Of a stretch of DNA of 64,000 bases, positions 52,212 through 64,000 are shown piece by piece. Source of the stretch: Lama guanicoe (Eukaryota); NCBI GenBank assembly GCA_013239625.1, contig MU054323.1, positions 17,984,029 to 18,048,028 of the forward strand, given 5' to 3'. Below the pieces are notes generated by a model. It saw only the letters and a program-made list of their open reading frames with translations, was not told where the DNA came from and searched no databases. How positions within the stretch are numbered: the stretch's first letter is position 1; each line of letters opens with the position of its first letter. The translations under genes and the position numbers were made by a program.

Positions 52212-52390
52212 AGCTGCAGAGCAGATCTGTTCCAGCAGAGGAGCCAGGGCACAGTCTGCTGGTTACCATCCAACTTTCATCCTCTGTCCACTCCATTTCA
52301 AGAAGAAGTGCCTGACAGTGGGTCTGCTTGAGAGAGTCTGGTTTTGTGGCATGAGCTTCTATTTGGGGAAGGCTGCTATACAGGAGATAG

Positions 52391-52420
52391 CCTAGTGAGT
52401 CACGTCCTTAGTGAGTCATG
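52391..52420. promoter_or_regulatory. Tandem AP-1 sites (TGAGTCA x2)
   Basis: TGAGTCA at 52396-52402 and 52412-52418; motif only. Confidence 0.4.
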
Positions 52421-55158
52421 ACTGCTCTGCTATCAAATGGTAGTATTTACTGAGCATGTGACATGTGCCTAGTTACGAGGTAGATGCCGAGAGGGACTCC
52501 TGTGCACTGGGGGCACTTGTTCTCAAAAACAGGTCGCAGCGCCCAGCGGCAGAGTATACAGTTTAGTGTCTAGCCACGTGATAATGTATGGTAGAGATGC
52601 CATGCAGCAGGAGTTCAAAGAAGGAAGACATGAATGAGTAGGGTGAGACATTCAGGGTTCATGAAGGAAGCAGGACTTACAGCTAACTAGGACTTGACCA
52701 TCATATCTCTGTTTCCATTTCTACTATCTGAGTCAGTGAATCTCCATTTCTTGTGGCTGCAAATTCCTTGCAGCCAGAGAGGGCAGTGAAAATACGCTTC
52801 TATTGTCATTGATGATATTCAGCTCCTTTTAGTGGCCAAGATTCTGCTCTACTGTTCAGGATATTTTAGGACAGGAAGGTCAGAAAACAGATCAGTCGCT
52901 TGTGATGGTTCCCCGTGACTACCAAAGGACATGTGTGGTCTAATGACTGGGCTTGAAGGTACTTCAATAATAATGCCCCAGATACTCCTAAATGACCTTG
53001 ATGGAGAGAATAGCTATTGATGTTGCACAGAAAGTTTCCCAGTACGATGCAAATGTAGCATCCATCTGTGTCTCCGTTACTGTAGAACACATTGCTTCCA
53101 CTGCTCCTCTAGTGATACGGTGCTCAGATGAATCTCAGAATTACAGTGAAGCAGCTATGCAGACAGCAGGCTCTGGGTGTGGAGGCAGAGACAGAGAAAA
53201 TGATAGAAGTCTCCCAGGGAAAATGATAGAAGCCTGCAAATGATCTGTGAGAGCAAGAAGGGTTCACATTTAAGACCATCTAGGGAAAGAATAATGATGG
53301 GGAGCCACACCAAGGTTGGATAAAGACCACCACAATTGGCCATCAAAGCCATGGCCACCAAAGTGTATTACCAGTAGCTAAGCCCTATGTACCTTTACAT
53401 ATAAATATGTGTAGTAAATTCTTTGTAAAGTTTCCTAGCACATGTGAATTCAGTCATTCTGATAATTCCTTTTGTCTTCATAAAATCCTGAAGTTAACGA
53501 TATTCCATCTTGGCATTATTATACACAAAGATGTGGGGAGTTTGATAGCAGGCAAGACCCTGGTCCCTAGTGAAGGCAAAACCAGATGGTCAGCGCCCCT
53601 ACACATTTCTGTTTGGGTGTGTTACAGATTTCATATCTCTAGCCAGGTAGATGCAATTCCAGAGTTCTTGCTCAGCTCATGATGAAAAAAAAATACTGAA
53701 ACAAGAAGCAACACAAGATTTAAAAAGTTTATTCTATTATAGTGCTTTCAAAAGTTAGAAAGGAAATGAATGAAGAGAGATTTTGTGATTCGTTTAATAA
53801 AACAAGAGAGGTGATGAAAATAGCTCTAAAGTGAGAGTCAGGCAGGGGTTGCAGCCCAACTGTTTCGTGACACTGAGTCACCAGTATTAGCAAAGGACTG
53901 CAGACTGGTTTGAAATACTGCTGTCATTTTCAGAAATCCCATTGGTTGGTGATGAAAATTGCTAATATAAGCCTGAACATTCTGGATAATGAATACTACG
54001 TAAGGGATAGGGAAAATATTGCAAAGAAAGCTGTTAGAACAAAAGAAATTAGGCAAAATTTAGTCCCTTGGCTAAGACGGCTGTGCCTAGAGAAAAAAGA
54101 AAATTATCCCAAGCTGAAAAGAATGCCATCATTGTTAACAGACACTGACTTGTTTTAATTTTGAAAGCTGATTTCTTTTTCATCCTAGGGTAGATGTTCA
54201 GCAGGTTTGTGCAGGCTGTAATGTAAAACAAACAAACAAAAGCAACGTATTCTATCTTTGACTAGTCTCCCTAGGTACACTTTATATTATTTCATAATTG
54301 CCAGCATTTATTACAGCATGCATTATTAAATGGAGCTAACATTTTGTTGTAATACATTTTCATACACGTGACTCCTGTGTGGGGCACATGCTTGCTTTTA
54401 TTGCTTTGAGCCAGATACGGCAGATAGGTTTAATTTCTTGGTCAGCACCAACTGATTGGAGTGGGCTGACTGTGCTGGGGGTTGAGAAGTATTCTGTGGG
54501 TATTTCTGGACTAAATGAGAAGAAGGGTATGATTAATTTGTGATGTCTGACATGGATTTGGAGGGAATGGTAATCGAGTGGTTGCCATGTTTTTACTATT
54601 CTTGGAGTTTTATGTCCTCAGCCAGAATCCCAGAAATTTTCTCCAATAGATCCCTTAGTAATCTGACAATGCAATATTTGTTGAGTTAAGGAGGGACTAA
54701 CTTCCAATGGAATCGTTGAGAGTGTTGTCCAGGTATGGACGGTTCAAACTCCTCCATAGAGAAACACTTCTTTCTTCAACAACTACCTTGATGATTCATG
54801 TGGCAATAGCTAATCAAGTTTAAGATCTGCCTACTCACTAATTCTACTTTGGGTTACATGCCATACCATACATAATACCTTAGAGAAAATTTGCATATGT
54901 ACTTATAGAGACATGCACAATCATTTTATTTAAAGCCCTGTTTATAATCAAGAGATGCAAATAACTGAAGTATCTATCACAATAAGACATAGAAAAATAA
55001 ATCATGATATAAGAATACATGGGCATGCAACACTCTAGGCGAATGAACCAGGATGACACTTATCAATGTAGATACTTTTAAAAAAATACTGAGTGAAAAA
55101 GTTAGTTGCAGGATGTTTTATACAGTCTGATAGCTTTTCTTTAAAGTTGAAACATATT

Positions 55159-55258
55159 TGGGGAGGTGGTATAGCTCAATGGTACAGCGTGTGCCATGCA
55201 TGCATGAGGTCCTGGCTTCAATCCCTAGTACCTCCCTCCACTAACAAAAAAGAAAATA
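55159..55258 (+). mobile_element. vic-1-like SINE within an old L1ME-like fragment
   Basis: A and B boxes, A tail, TSD AAAGTTGAAACATA (55143-55156, 55259-55272). Confidence 0.88.
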
Positions 55259-56436
55259 AAAGTTGAAACATACTATATTATGTTTAAATTTACAGTTGAC
55301 CATACTATGTGATTTGTGAGTACACACACATACAGAAGGATGTAGTAGTGAGAACACACATGGGAGTGAATCATGCGAATCTCAGGATTGTGATTACCTC
55401 CTGGTAGGAAGAAAGGAAACAAGATTCGGGGGGAGCTTAATAGAGGACTTCAACAATTTCTGTAATATTTTATTCCTTAAAACAAAACAAAAGAAAGACA
55501 CAAAGCACAGTATTTGAAGCACACTGTGCAACGTGTCAAGATATGTTCATGTGGGTTCACGTGTGCTCATTATTCATTATACTTTTCCACATGTTTAATA
55601 TTTCAGACTTAAAAATTATTAGAAGAGAGTAAAAACCCAATCGTTGAATTCTCACATTTGCTATGGAATGGAGTTGGTGGGCATCTGTTCCCTGAGATAC
55701 TGCCTGATGGTTTTCCAGGGACATCATGATATTATAATCTTTCTTAATTAAAAAGAATCAGCCCGGGGCAGGTATTGGCAAATTACCCGCAGTGAAATGT
55801 AGTCCCCTTTACCCTACTACCTCTTCAGTGTAGATAAAGGTTATTCTCAATTGTTTTTGTAGCCCCAGAAAAAGTACATTACACAACTTGAAGTTTCGTG
55901 TTTATGTGAGAGAGGATGCTTCTACCCTTAACACCTCATAACTATTCATATATTTTTGCATGAGTATTCATTCTCCCATCCAAATTATCTGCATTTTCCT
56001 TATTTCTTATCACTCTCTAAAACACAATTTGTGTTCTTTGGTATTTGGAATCAATCAGTGACTAAGGATATAATTTTTTGCCATTGTGGTGGGGGGGAGA
56101 TATTAGCTAAAATATTTTGCTCATGACTAATATTAATTTTTCCACAAATAGTTCTAGGTTTATGTATAGAAAATATTTTAAACATTTTTAGAAGCATGCT
56201 TTTCTCATATTCTGAGAGTGCAGAGTCTGTTAAAAGTATTTTCTTTGATTATTTTTAAAAGAATTGAATACTTTTTAAAACATTTTAATAGATATTAAGT
56301 GGATAAATAAAAGCAACTTTCTCACTTTAGCATACCGCAATGTGTAGTGTACATTTTAGAAGGCAATATAAGATTATGTCTCAAAAACTTGGAGAAGTAA
56401 CAGTTATCACACTAGTTTTGTCTGCACGTGCTTCCC

Positions 56437-56456
56437 AACCCACTAGGTGGCGCTGC
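56437..56456 (+). promoter_or_regulatory. Candidate CTCF binding site
   Basis: CCACTAGGTGGCGCTG fully matches the CCASYAGRKGGCRS consensus. Confidence 0.7.
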
Positions 56457-57580
56457 GGAGGGCCAGTTCTTGCCTACTGCTCATGCTGAACCAGGCTACA
56501 AGTAATATCAAGAAAATGATTTATATTTGCTCATTAAATAGTATTGGGATGTAAATGTCCAAAAAAGAAACTAAAGAGATACAAGAGATTAATATTAATA
56601 TTTGAGGGAAGAAGATGTGGGAACTGAGAGGTTCAATCTTCATCAAAAAGCATTATGTACTTGGTCAGGTGGGTGAGACATTTTTCTTCCTTCAGGAGCA
56701 CACAGACATACAACCCTTAAGATAACTTGGTGCTCTCTGATGTGTGGTCAATTCAGGGATGCTGATGTATTGAATGTACTGTAAACATTACTATGCATGT
56801 ATAGAACTTTTGTGTACTGCAACTCACATGATTTTTACCATAAGCCTGTGATGTAGGTAAACTCATTATTTTCCATATGAGGAAATGGGGTTCAAGAAGA
56901 GCAAGTTATTTAATGTTGCTCAATTAGTGTGTGGAGGAACTGGGTTCAGATTCAGGATTTCTGATTCTAAAACAAGTACCTTTTTTTTTTCCTAGTAGGC
57001 CGTACTTCCTGGGTCCAAAACAAAAATCTCCATTCTCCAGAAATTGATGTCCATAGACTTCTGAGACAAATTCCTCTCAGAATATTATGCTCACCTGTAC
57101 CTAAGGAATAAAGCAATTGCTTTTAATATGAGTATTGATGTATTCAAGTCGCAGGAGCCAGTTTAGTTACAGATGTCTTATGCAAAAAGAGTGCTTTATC
57201 TTCTTTGGTGCAGACTTTCAGCTTATATAGCATTTTGCGTAGCATATAATTTGTAATTCGTCTTCATAACTCTTTAAAGTAGGTGGAATATCTCAAATGT
57301 ATAAATGAATACTCCAACTCCCAAGAGATCCAAGCTTGAATTTGAGATACCTTATTCCAAGGTGATCGTGTTTACAAACCTAATGACTCTTGACATTGTT
57401 TAGGAATTGCCTCAATTTCCTTTTCAATTGTTTTTCTTGGGTTGATGTTATTTTAATCCTTTAAGGAGCAAAGCAATGGTGAGGGAAGTGGTGTAGCATT
57501 ATAACCCTTGGAGAAGCTGGGATGCATGTGCACTTTGAAAGAGTAGACTAGATAGGATCTACTGTAATTCTGTATTTGGA

Positions 57581-57780
57581 CATGAAATATAATAGATAAA
57601 CAAACAGAAAAACACGGATAGCTCAGGCAACTATAATCAATGTCTTGTGATGGCCTATAGTGGAAAAGAACCTGAAAAGAAAAAATACCTATATATGTAT
57701 ATGTATAACTGAATCACGTTGTTGTCCACCTGAAACTAACGTTGTAAATCAACTGCACTTTCTTAAAAAAATTTAAAAAA
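57581..57780 (+). mobile_element. Short L1 3' end
   Basis: L1 3' UTR, A-rich tail, flanking GTATTTGGA duplication. Confidence 0.8.
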
Positions 57781-59419
57781 TCGTATTTGGAAAAGGAAAA
57801 GAGTGTCTATTTGTGTTTATGATAAAAGCTACTGAAAGGAATGTTCGGCAAAGTTTTGGGGTGGGATATGGCTAAAAAGGGCTGAGAAATACCCATAAAA
57901 TAGGAGCCACAAGAGCTATGGAATTAGAGATTTAGGTGCAAATCCCAGTTCCACAGCAGCATAGCTGCGTGCTTGAAGCAAATGACTTAATTTTTCCTTG
58001 TTCTCCCCAGTGCAAAATGGAGGGAGTGAAAAATGTTTGATAGATTTGGTGTGAGGATTTATCAAGTAAAATAGAGGCTGCCTGGAATGGTGTCTGGTCC
58101 ATGGAAGGTATTCAAAAATATTTTTTAAAAAAATTTATTGTTTCTTTCAAGTGACTGTTGGGTTCCTTTGACTTGTCACATCTGGCTTGCAGCCCATCTG
58201 CCACGAAGTCAGGCTAACACAGACTGATTCAAATAAAGGTGATTTTTGAAGAAAGGAATCATTGCAACCCTTTTTACTTTTTTGGCCTCAGAATTGGGAG
58301 AGAGAAGTGTTTCATTTCGCCTGGGCTGGACTGGAATGGCTTCTCTCCCTGCCAAGTCCTCATTGTGCCGAATGGAAATGCCAAGGGTTGGGCGGGGTCC
58401 ACACGGCGGGAGGCCAGTAAATGACAGCTCTTGGGAAGTGCTTTACCGCTGATGACCGGCTGAGGGGCAAGTCAGCACCTGTCTGTCCTCTTTCAGTGTT
58501 GGGAAAGATGCTCTCAAAGTTTGAGACTGGGAGGTCAGCCCGTCATCCCCTGCTCTGGTCCTACCTTTAATGGACAGCAATCTTTGAAGGTCCTCCTTGT
58601 CATCAGTGAAATATTTAAAAGTTCTCAGAACAACGTTATTTCTTCAGCACCGAAAATTGGCTTTACCATTGGACAGAGCAGGTGCTTTCCTGGATGGGCT
58701 ATTTGCTGTGTGATGGAGAGGCTCCCTAACGTGAATATAATACACTTGCCAAAACCTCTCTTTTCAAGATTCACTTCTTTTCTCTTAAAAGTGATGGGGT
58801 GGGAACTACGTCTCTCAACACCTGCTTCCATCTTCCTTGTGTGCCTTGTTGTACTGCAGCTGGAAAACTACCAGCTGTCTCTCCCAGTCCTCCTTGCAGG
58901 GGGGATTTGGATAGGATTTGGGTTGCATGAGCTGGGTGCACTTAAAGGAGACATGAATTCAGAAACCAGCTCAGAAGGGACAAGGGGGGTGGTGCAGGGG
59001 GCATCTCTGTTGTTGATGAGAGTCTAGCAGGCATTGCTCTGGGACCCACCATTCTAAAGCAGCCTCCTGATGCCCAGATCCTGGTGGGCATGGTGTGACC
59101 CAGGAGCCAGCAGCTGGAATAGCATCATTCTAATTCCAGGTTCCTGATGGTGGCAGAGATAGAAATTCCACGGAGTGGGGGAGACGGGGCAGGGGGGCAG
59201 ATTGCTGTGCTCTTTTGGAAGTTGGGCTCTGCCTAGACCCTAGGTCTTCAATAATTGTGTCACAATGATTTTTATCATTTACAACTGAATCCAGCAATTA
59301 TAGTTCAAAAATCTTAAAATCTTTTGGCTCACTAGATTTTGTCTTCCACAATTTCTGTGATCTGTGCAGGGAAATGGTAGGAATTTTTATGGGATGAAAA
59401 GAGAGAAGTAGGGAGACAT

Positions 59420-59620
59420 GGGGAAGAGAGTGGGAGCTTTGGAGCCAGAATGCCTGGTTTTTCGGTCCTGCTGTACCAGTTACCAGTTGAGATTCCTTGA
59501 GCAAATGTCTTTCTCTCTGAGCTTTAGTTTCTTCTTATAAAATGGGAACAATCCTAAATACCTTTCGGGGACGCTATGAGAATTAAACAATACAGAAATA
59601 TAGGGAAAGCATCTTCTATA
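59420..59620 (+). mobile_element. MIR SINE
   Basis: 'ctttggagccaga...ccttgagcaaatg..tctctgagctttagtttcttcttataaaatggg'. Confidence 0.7.
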
Positions 59621-59634
59621 TAGCAGACGCTCTG

Positions 59635-60425
59635 TTTTATTTATTTATTTTTAATTGAAGTATAGTCAGTTTACAGTGTGTCAATTTCTGGTGTACAACA
59701 TAATGTTTCAGTCATATATATATAAATACACATACATATATTCCTTTTCATATTCCATTTCATTTCATTATAGATTAGTATAAGATATTGAATATGGTTC
59801 CCTGTGCTATACAGTAGAAACTTATTGTTTATCTATTTTATATATGATAGTTAGTATCTGCAAATCTCAAACTCCCAATTTATTCCTTCCCACCCCATTT
59901 CCCCGCTGGTTTCTAAAACATAGATTGTTTTCTATGTCTGTGAGTCTGTTTCTGTTTTGTAAATAAGTTCATTTGTGTCTTTTTTTTTTTACATTCCACA
60001 TATAAGTGACATCATATGGTATTTTTCTTTTTTTTTCTGGCTTACTTCACTTAGAATGATGATCTTCAGGTCCATCCATGTTGCTGCAAGTGGCATTCTT
60101 TCTTTTTTATGGCTGAGTAGTATTCCATTGTATATATATACCACATTGCCTTTATCCATTCATCTGTCAATGGACATTTAGGTTGCTTCTATGACTTGGC
60201 TGTTGTAAATAGTGCTGCTGTGAACATTGGGGTGCATGTATCTTTTCAGACTAGGGTTCTCTCTGGATGTATGCCCAGGAGTGGGATTGCTGGATCATAT
60301 GGTAAGTCTATTTTTAGCTTTTTGAGGAATCTCCATACTACTTTCCATAAAGGCTGCACCAAACTACATTGCCACCAGCAGTGTAGGAGGGTTCCCTTTT
60401 CTCCACACCCTCTCCAGCATTTATC
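59635..60425 (-). mobile_element. Lineage-specific L1 3' end (~790 bp)
   Basis: (TTTA)n tail, 3' UTR and ORF2 C-terminus, similar to 19518-20443. Confidence 0.9.
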
Positions 60426-60989
60426 GACACACTATAAATGTTAGATATAATTATAACTACCCATAATGTGAGTGTGGATATCTGGAAGATTGCTCAAATG
60501 AGTGTGTGTGTGCATGCATGTGTGTAGGAGGGCAGAGGTGAACATGGGAAGGGAGAACATGGACACAGAGAAGGCATCAGGAAAGGAAAAGAACATTTTG
60601 AAAGGGCTGGTGAGAGGCCACTGCAGTCAAGCTTTGTTGCCTTAGACATGACCACGTGCCACTTTCCTCCTAAGATGATACGCTTCTCTCACACGGAAAT
60701 GCTCCCGAACACCTTAGAATTAATTAGCCTTCCTATAGCAGTGATACGGACCCTTATTCAAATCATGCTTCCAGTCCGTGTTTGCTCTATGACCAGAGGC
60801 AAGTTATTAAACCCTCCTTTGCTGCAGTTTGCTCATGTAAAATGGGGATTAAAAATAAGATCTCATTGAATTTTTTGAGGTTTAAATGAGTTCATGCACA
60901 TCAAACATTTCTAAACAGTTACCTGGCACATAAAAAATGCTCAATAGAGTTATGATTGTTCTCACTGATTAATTATAATTTATCATGGA

Positions 60990-61430
60990 GTCAGTGTGTG
61001 GACGTACGTACAGAGGCATAGCTTCATGTGTATGTTTGTATCTATGTGCTTGTGTATGCTTATTGTCACTGTGTATGTTTGAACACATGCATGCATGTAA
61101 CAAGTGTGGAAGCACATACACTTTTATGTATGTGAATATGTGTCTGTTAGGACCATAGGTATTGTACGTGTGCTGTTTGATGTGCTGGTATTTGCACGCG
61201 TGCATTTGTGTTTATGTGTGGGTCTATTTGTTGTGTGTACTGTGTGTGTATGTACCTGGGTATTTCTGCATGTTTAGGGCACGTGCACGGATATGTGTAT
61301 GTGGATATGTTGGCTGTGTCCATACTGAGGTTCACATGTGTAGGTACAAGAGTTGTTGTGTGTGGTTGCCTAGGATGTGCAGTACATAATGCAGAGAACG
61401 CCATTCACATCGTGGTCTATATGAATGCAT
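60990..61430. repeat. Degenerate (TG/TATG)-rich low-complexity region
   Basis: Alternating purine-pyrimidine composition; explains the Cys/Val- and His/Thr-rich ORFs here. Confidence 0.8.
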
Positions 61431-61467
61431 AGCCCTGTAGCCTTGTCTTACAGGAGCCACAGTAAAG

Positions 61468-61487
61468 GCACCATTAGAGGGCGCCAT
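61468..61487 (+). promoter_or_regulatory. Weaker candidate CTCF site
   Basis: CCATTAGAGGGCGCCA, one mismatch to the core consensus. Confidence 0.45.
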
Positions 61488-64000
61488 TTCCCACTTTCAG
61501 GTTGAAACAGGTGCTCTAGATTTTCTCTCCCCTTGCCCATTCGGCTGGAAGGAAAGAAAGAAAAAAATAAAGTAACACTACCTCTTTTGTGCAACACACA
61601 TTTGCCTAAACTACTTTGTGCCTGCTTTGGTTTAATGGGTTTTACATTTATTGTTTGTCATTGTTTGACTCCAGCACAGCTGGTTTGGCAGTTTCAGGAG
61701 CATTACCATTTGGAAGGCACACACCAGCCCTAAAGCAGCCTAGGGCTAAGCCATTCCCAAAGTCTTGGCAAGAGCATTTCCTGACAGTTCAGGGAAGTTA
61801 CGGGCTTTCAGGATGTGGGAGCAAACATCACCCAGGAACACCACTTCTCATTTAGTATATTGGCTTTCATAAAACCACAAGATTTTAGACATGGCTGCCC
61901 CTTAGGGCAGAGGTCTTGGGGTTGTCAGTCCTTCATCTGCCTCCACGCTCCTCATGTGTGTGGTGCCTCCTCCTAGTAACATCTCTTCTACTTGGGAACC
62001 ACCAATTGTAGTGCATGAGTGACTCCAAGGCTCGGAGTCAAGGAATTTCCCCAAAGTCCTTCAGCCGGGTAGGGACAGAGCTAGACCCAGGGTCTAGAGA
62101 TCTTAGCTCACACTTGAACCTTTACATTTATATTTGCTTTTATTTTGGGTTTGATTACCAAGCAGGTTCCAGGCAGAGATCATAGTCTGGTGCTCCCAGA
62201 AGTATTTCTCTCAAGGGCGGGCAGGACACACACTGGAGGGTTAAAGTTAATCTTCTTGCATTACTGTTTCTCCATTTGACAAATGATGAGGGTGTGCAGA
62301 CCTGGGAGGGCTGGACTGATTTTTTTCCAGTCTGCATATTCCCTATCCTGCCATATTCTTAGCTTTGGAGTTCATTCTTGCAATTGAGTCCTGATTCTAA
62401 AGAGAAGAAACTTCTATAAAAAACATGTAGTGAGTGGGATTTAAATAATCTCTACATAACCTCTCTCAGCTTCTGCATAAAATTCCCTGGAAGGCACTAA
62501 AAATATATGGGGAATATGATGGATAGCCCATTGCCCAGACTTGAGAGAAATCTCCACAAACTACACAGCTGAAGAACTAGGTTGAAAAACACCACCAGTA
62601 GCCCACCTGTGCTTAGAAATGAATTATGATTGCCTTCCTAAGAGTAGGTAGAGAGCACCCTTTGTAACCACTCCACTGGGCTATCCACATGTGAAATGCA
62701 GGATTGTTATCATCCAGAGAACTGTGTGTACATCTCCATTACTGTGTGGCTGATGCATTAATTAATTTAATGTTGCCACAGTGTAATCTCTCTTGCTTTC
62801 ATTATTACACTTACATTCAGAGATTGGGACCTCCACAGGCAGGAAGTGGTGGTGGTGGGAAAACTCACGGGGTTTACAATACCCTCCTTGGTGTTGACCC
62901 CATGAGCAATGGGCTGAAGGCAGGTGCCCAGAGAGGTCTTTATTTACTCCATCTGTTTAACACACCAGGAAAGCAGCCAGTCAGAGCTGGGAAAGATGTC
63001 ATGGAAGCCTGGCAGAGCTGCTCTTGAGGAAGGTCCATTCAAGACCGGAAACGGGTCAGAATTGCACACAACAACCTATGAACTTGAGGATTTTAAACAA
63101 GGTCTAAATGGAACAGAGAGTTGGGACAAGGGCATTTCATACTCCTTGTCTCTTGGCAAATGCAGTCCTGGATAGATAGTTCCTCATTTGATTTTTAATA
63201 AAAATCACAAAAAACCCAACAAGCATATGTTTCCTCTGAGACAGATCTTTCTACAAAATAAGTGAGAAGATACATCATCCTGAAAATTCAGAGGAGGAAC
63301 AGACTTATTAAAATTATTTACTATAGGGACCATTAGGGAAAATTTAATAATTATTTAGCTGCCTCCATAAAAAAGCCAGAAGACATGGTATCTATGAAAC
63401 AAAAGCAGAAAACCATAAGGAAGGAACAACCAAAGATGTAGTCAAGGCAACCGCTGTAATAAGAAAGGTGAAAAAAAATAAAAAATGAAGTAGAATTTAA
63501 GTTCTCATTAATGGCAGTAATGAGAAGAAAGGACATTACAGGACATCAAATCAGTGATGTGGAAGGCGGAGTAGCTCAGAATTCAGAAGAAAAGGACAAG
63601 GAGAGAACAAAGATGAAAGACAAGATGCTATTCTGTTCATACACATTTCAGATGATACGTACTTGTGCATCCGACATGTGTGTATCTCAGTGTATGTGCA
63701 TATATGTGTGTATGTATATATAGATGTATAGACACACCCAGGGATAATTATAGTGGAGAACAGAGAACCAGCTTAATCATTTTATATGATCCCAAGGATG
63801 TCCCAGAGCATTCCAAATAGACGCATTAACTAACAATGTATTTAAGCCTAAAAACTTTCCTGAGTTGAAAAAAGATTCACCTAGGCTGCTTGAAAACAAT
63901 CTATATTTTCAGCAAAATCACTGAAAAGTGACCTGACTCAGAGTCAAAGTTTGAATTAAAAAGGTGCAGGAATAAACTTACATGTGTCTAGAAAAGTGAA

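Noticed and set aside
58643..58680. REST/RE1 half-sites TTCAGCACC ... GGACAG
   Set aside because: Spacer of ~20 nt is far from canonical and the right half is imperfect.
58521..59027. Longest unexplained ORF (168 aa)
   Set aside because: TTG start, no recognisable domain or exon structure; consistent with chance.
60969..61432. Cys/His-rich ORFs resembling metal-binding proteins
   Set aside because: Products of degenerate (TG)n sequence.

Overview
Mammalian genomic DNA, probably camelid (inferred from short tRNA-Ala-derived vic-1-like SINEs). The left 9.4 kb holds the first three coding exons and the CpG-island promoter of THUMPD2 on the minus strand; the gene continues off the left edge. 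The remaining ~54 kb has no credible protein-coding gene and is rich in repeats. It contains a 6.7-kb decayed class I (gamma-type env) endogenous retrovirus with two LTRs, a tRNA-Leu PBS, a PPT and gag/integrase/env remnants. It also holds many L1 3' ends (one 5'-inverted, one with a possible 3' transduction), SINEs, MIR/L2/MER elements and candidate CTCF/AP-1 sites. I see no new multi-gene system. The most unusual items are small: a TSD-flanked retro-copy of a tRNA-Ile 5' half that appears to record RNA modifications (I34 read as G, a skip over G26), a perfect intronic hairpin, a palindromic double-Kozak start codon, and a 16-bp minisatellite sitting in the loop of an inverted repeat. Repeat family names come from recall of consensus sequences, and old-repeat boundaries are approximate.
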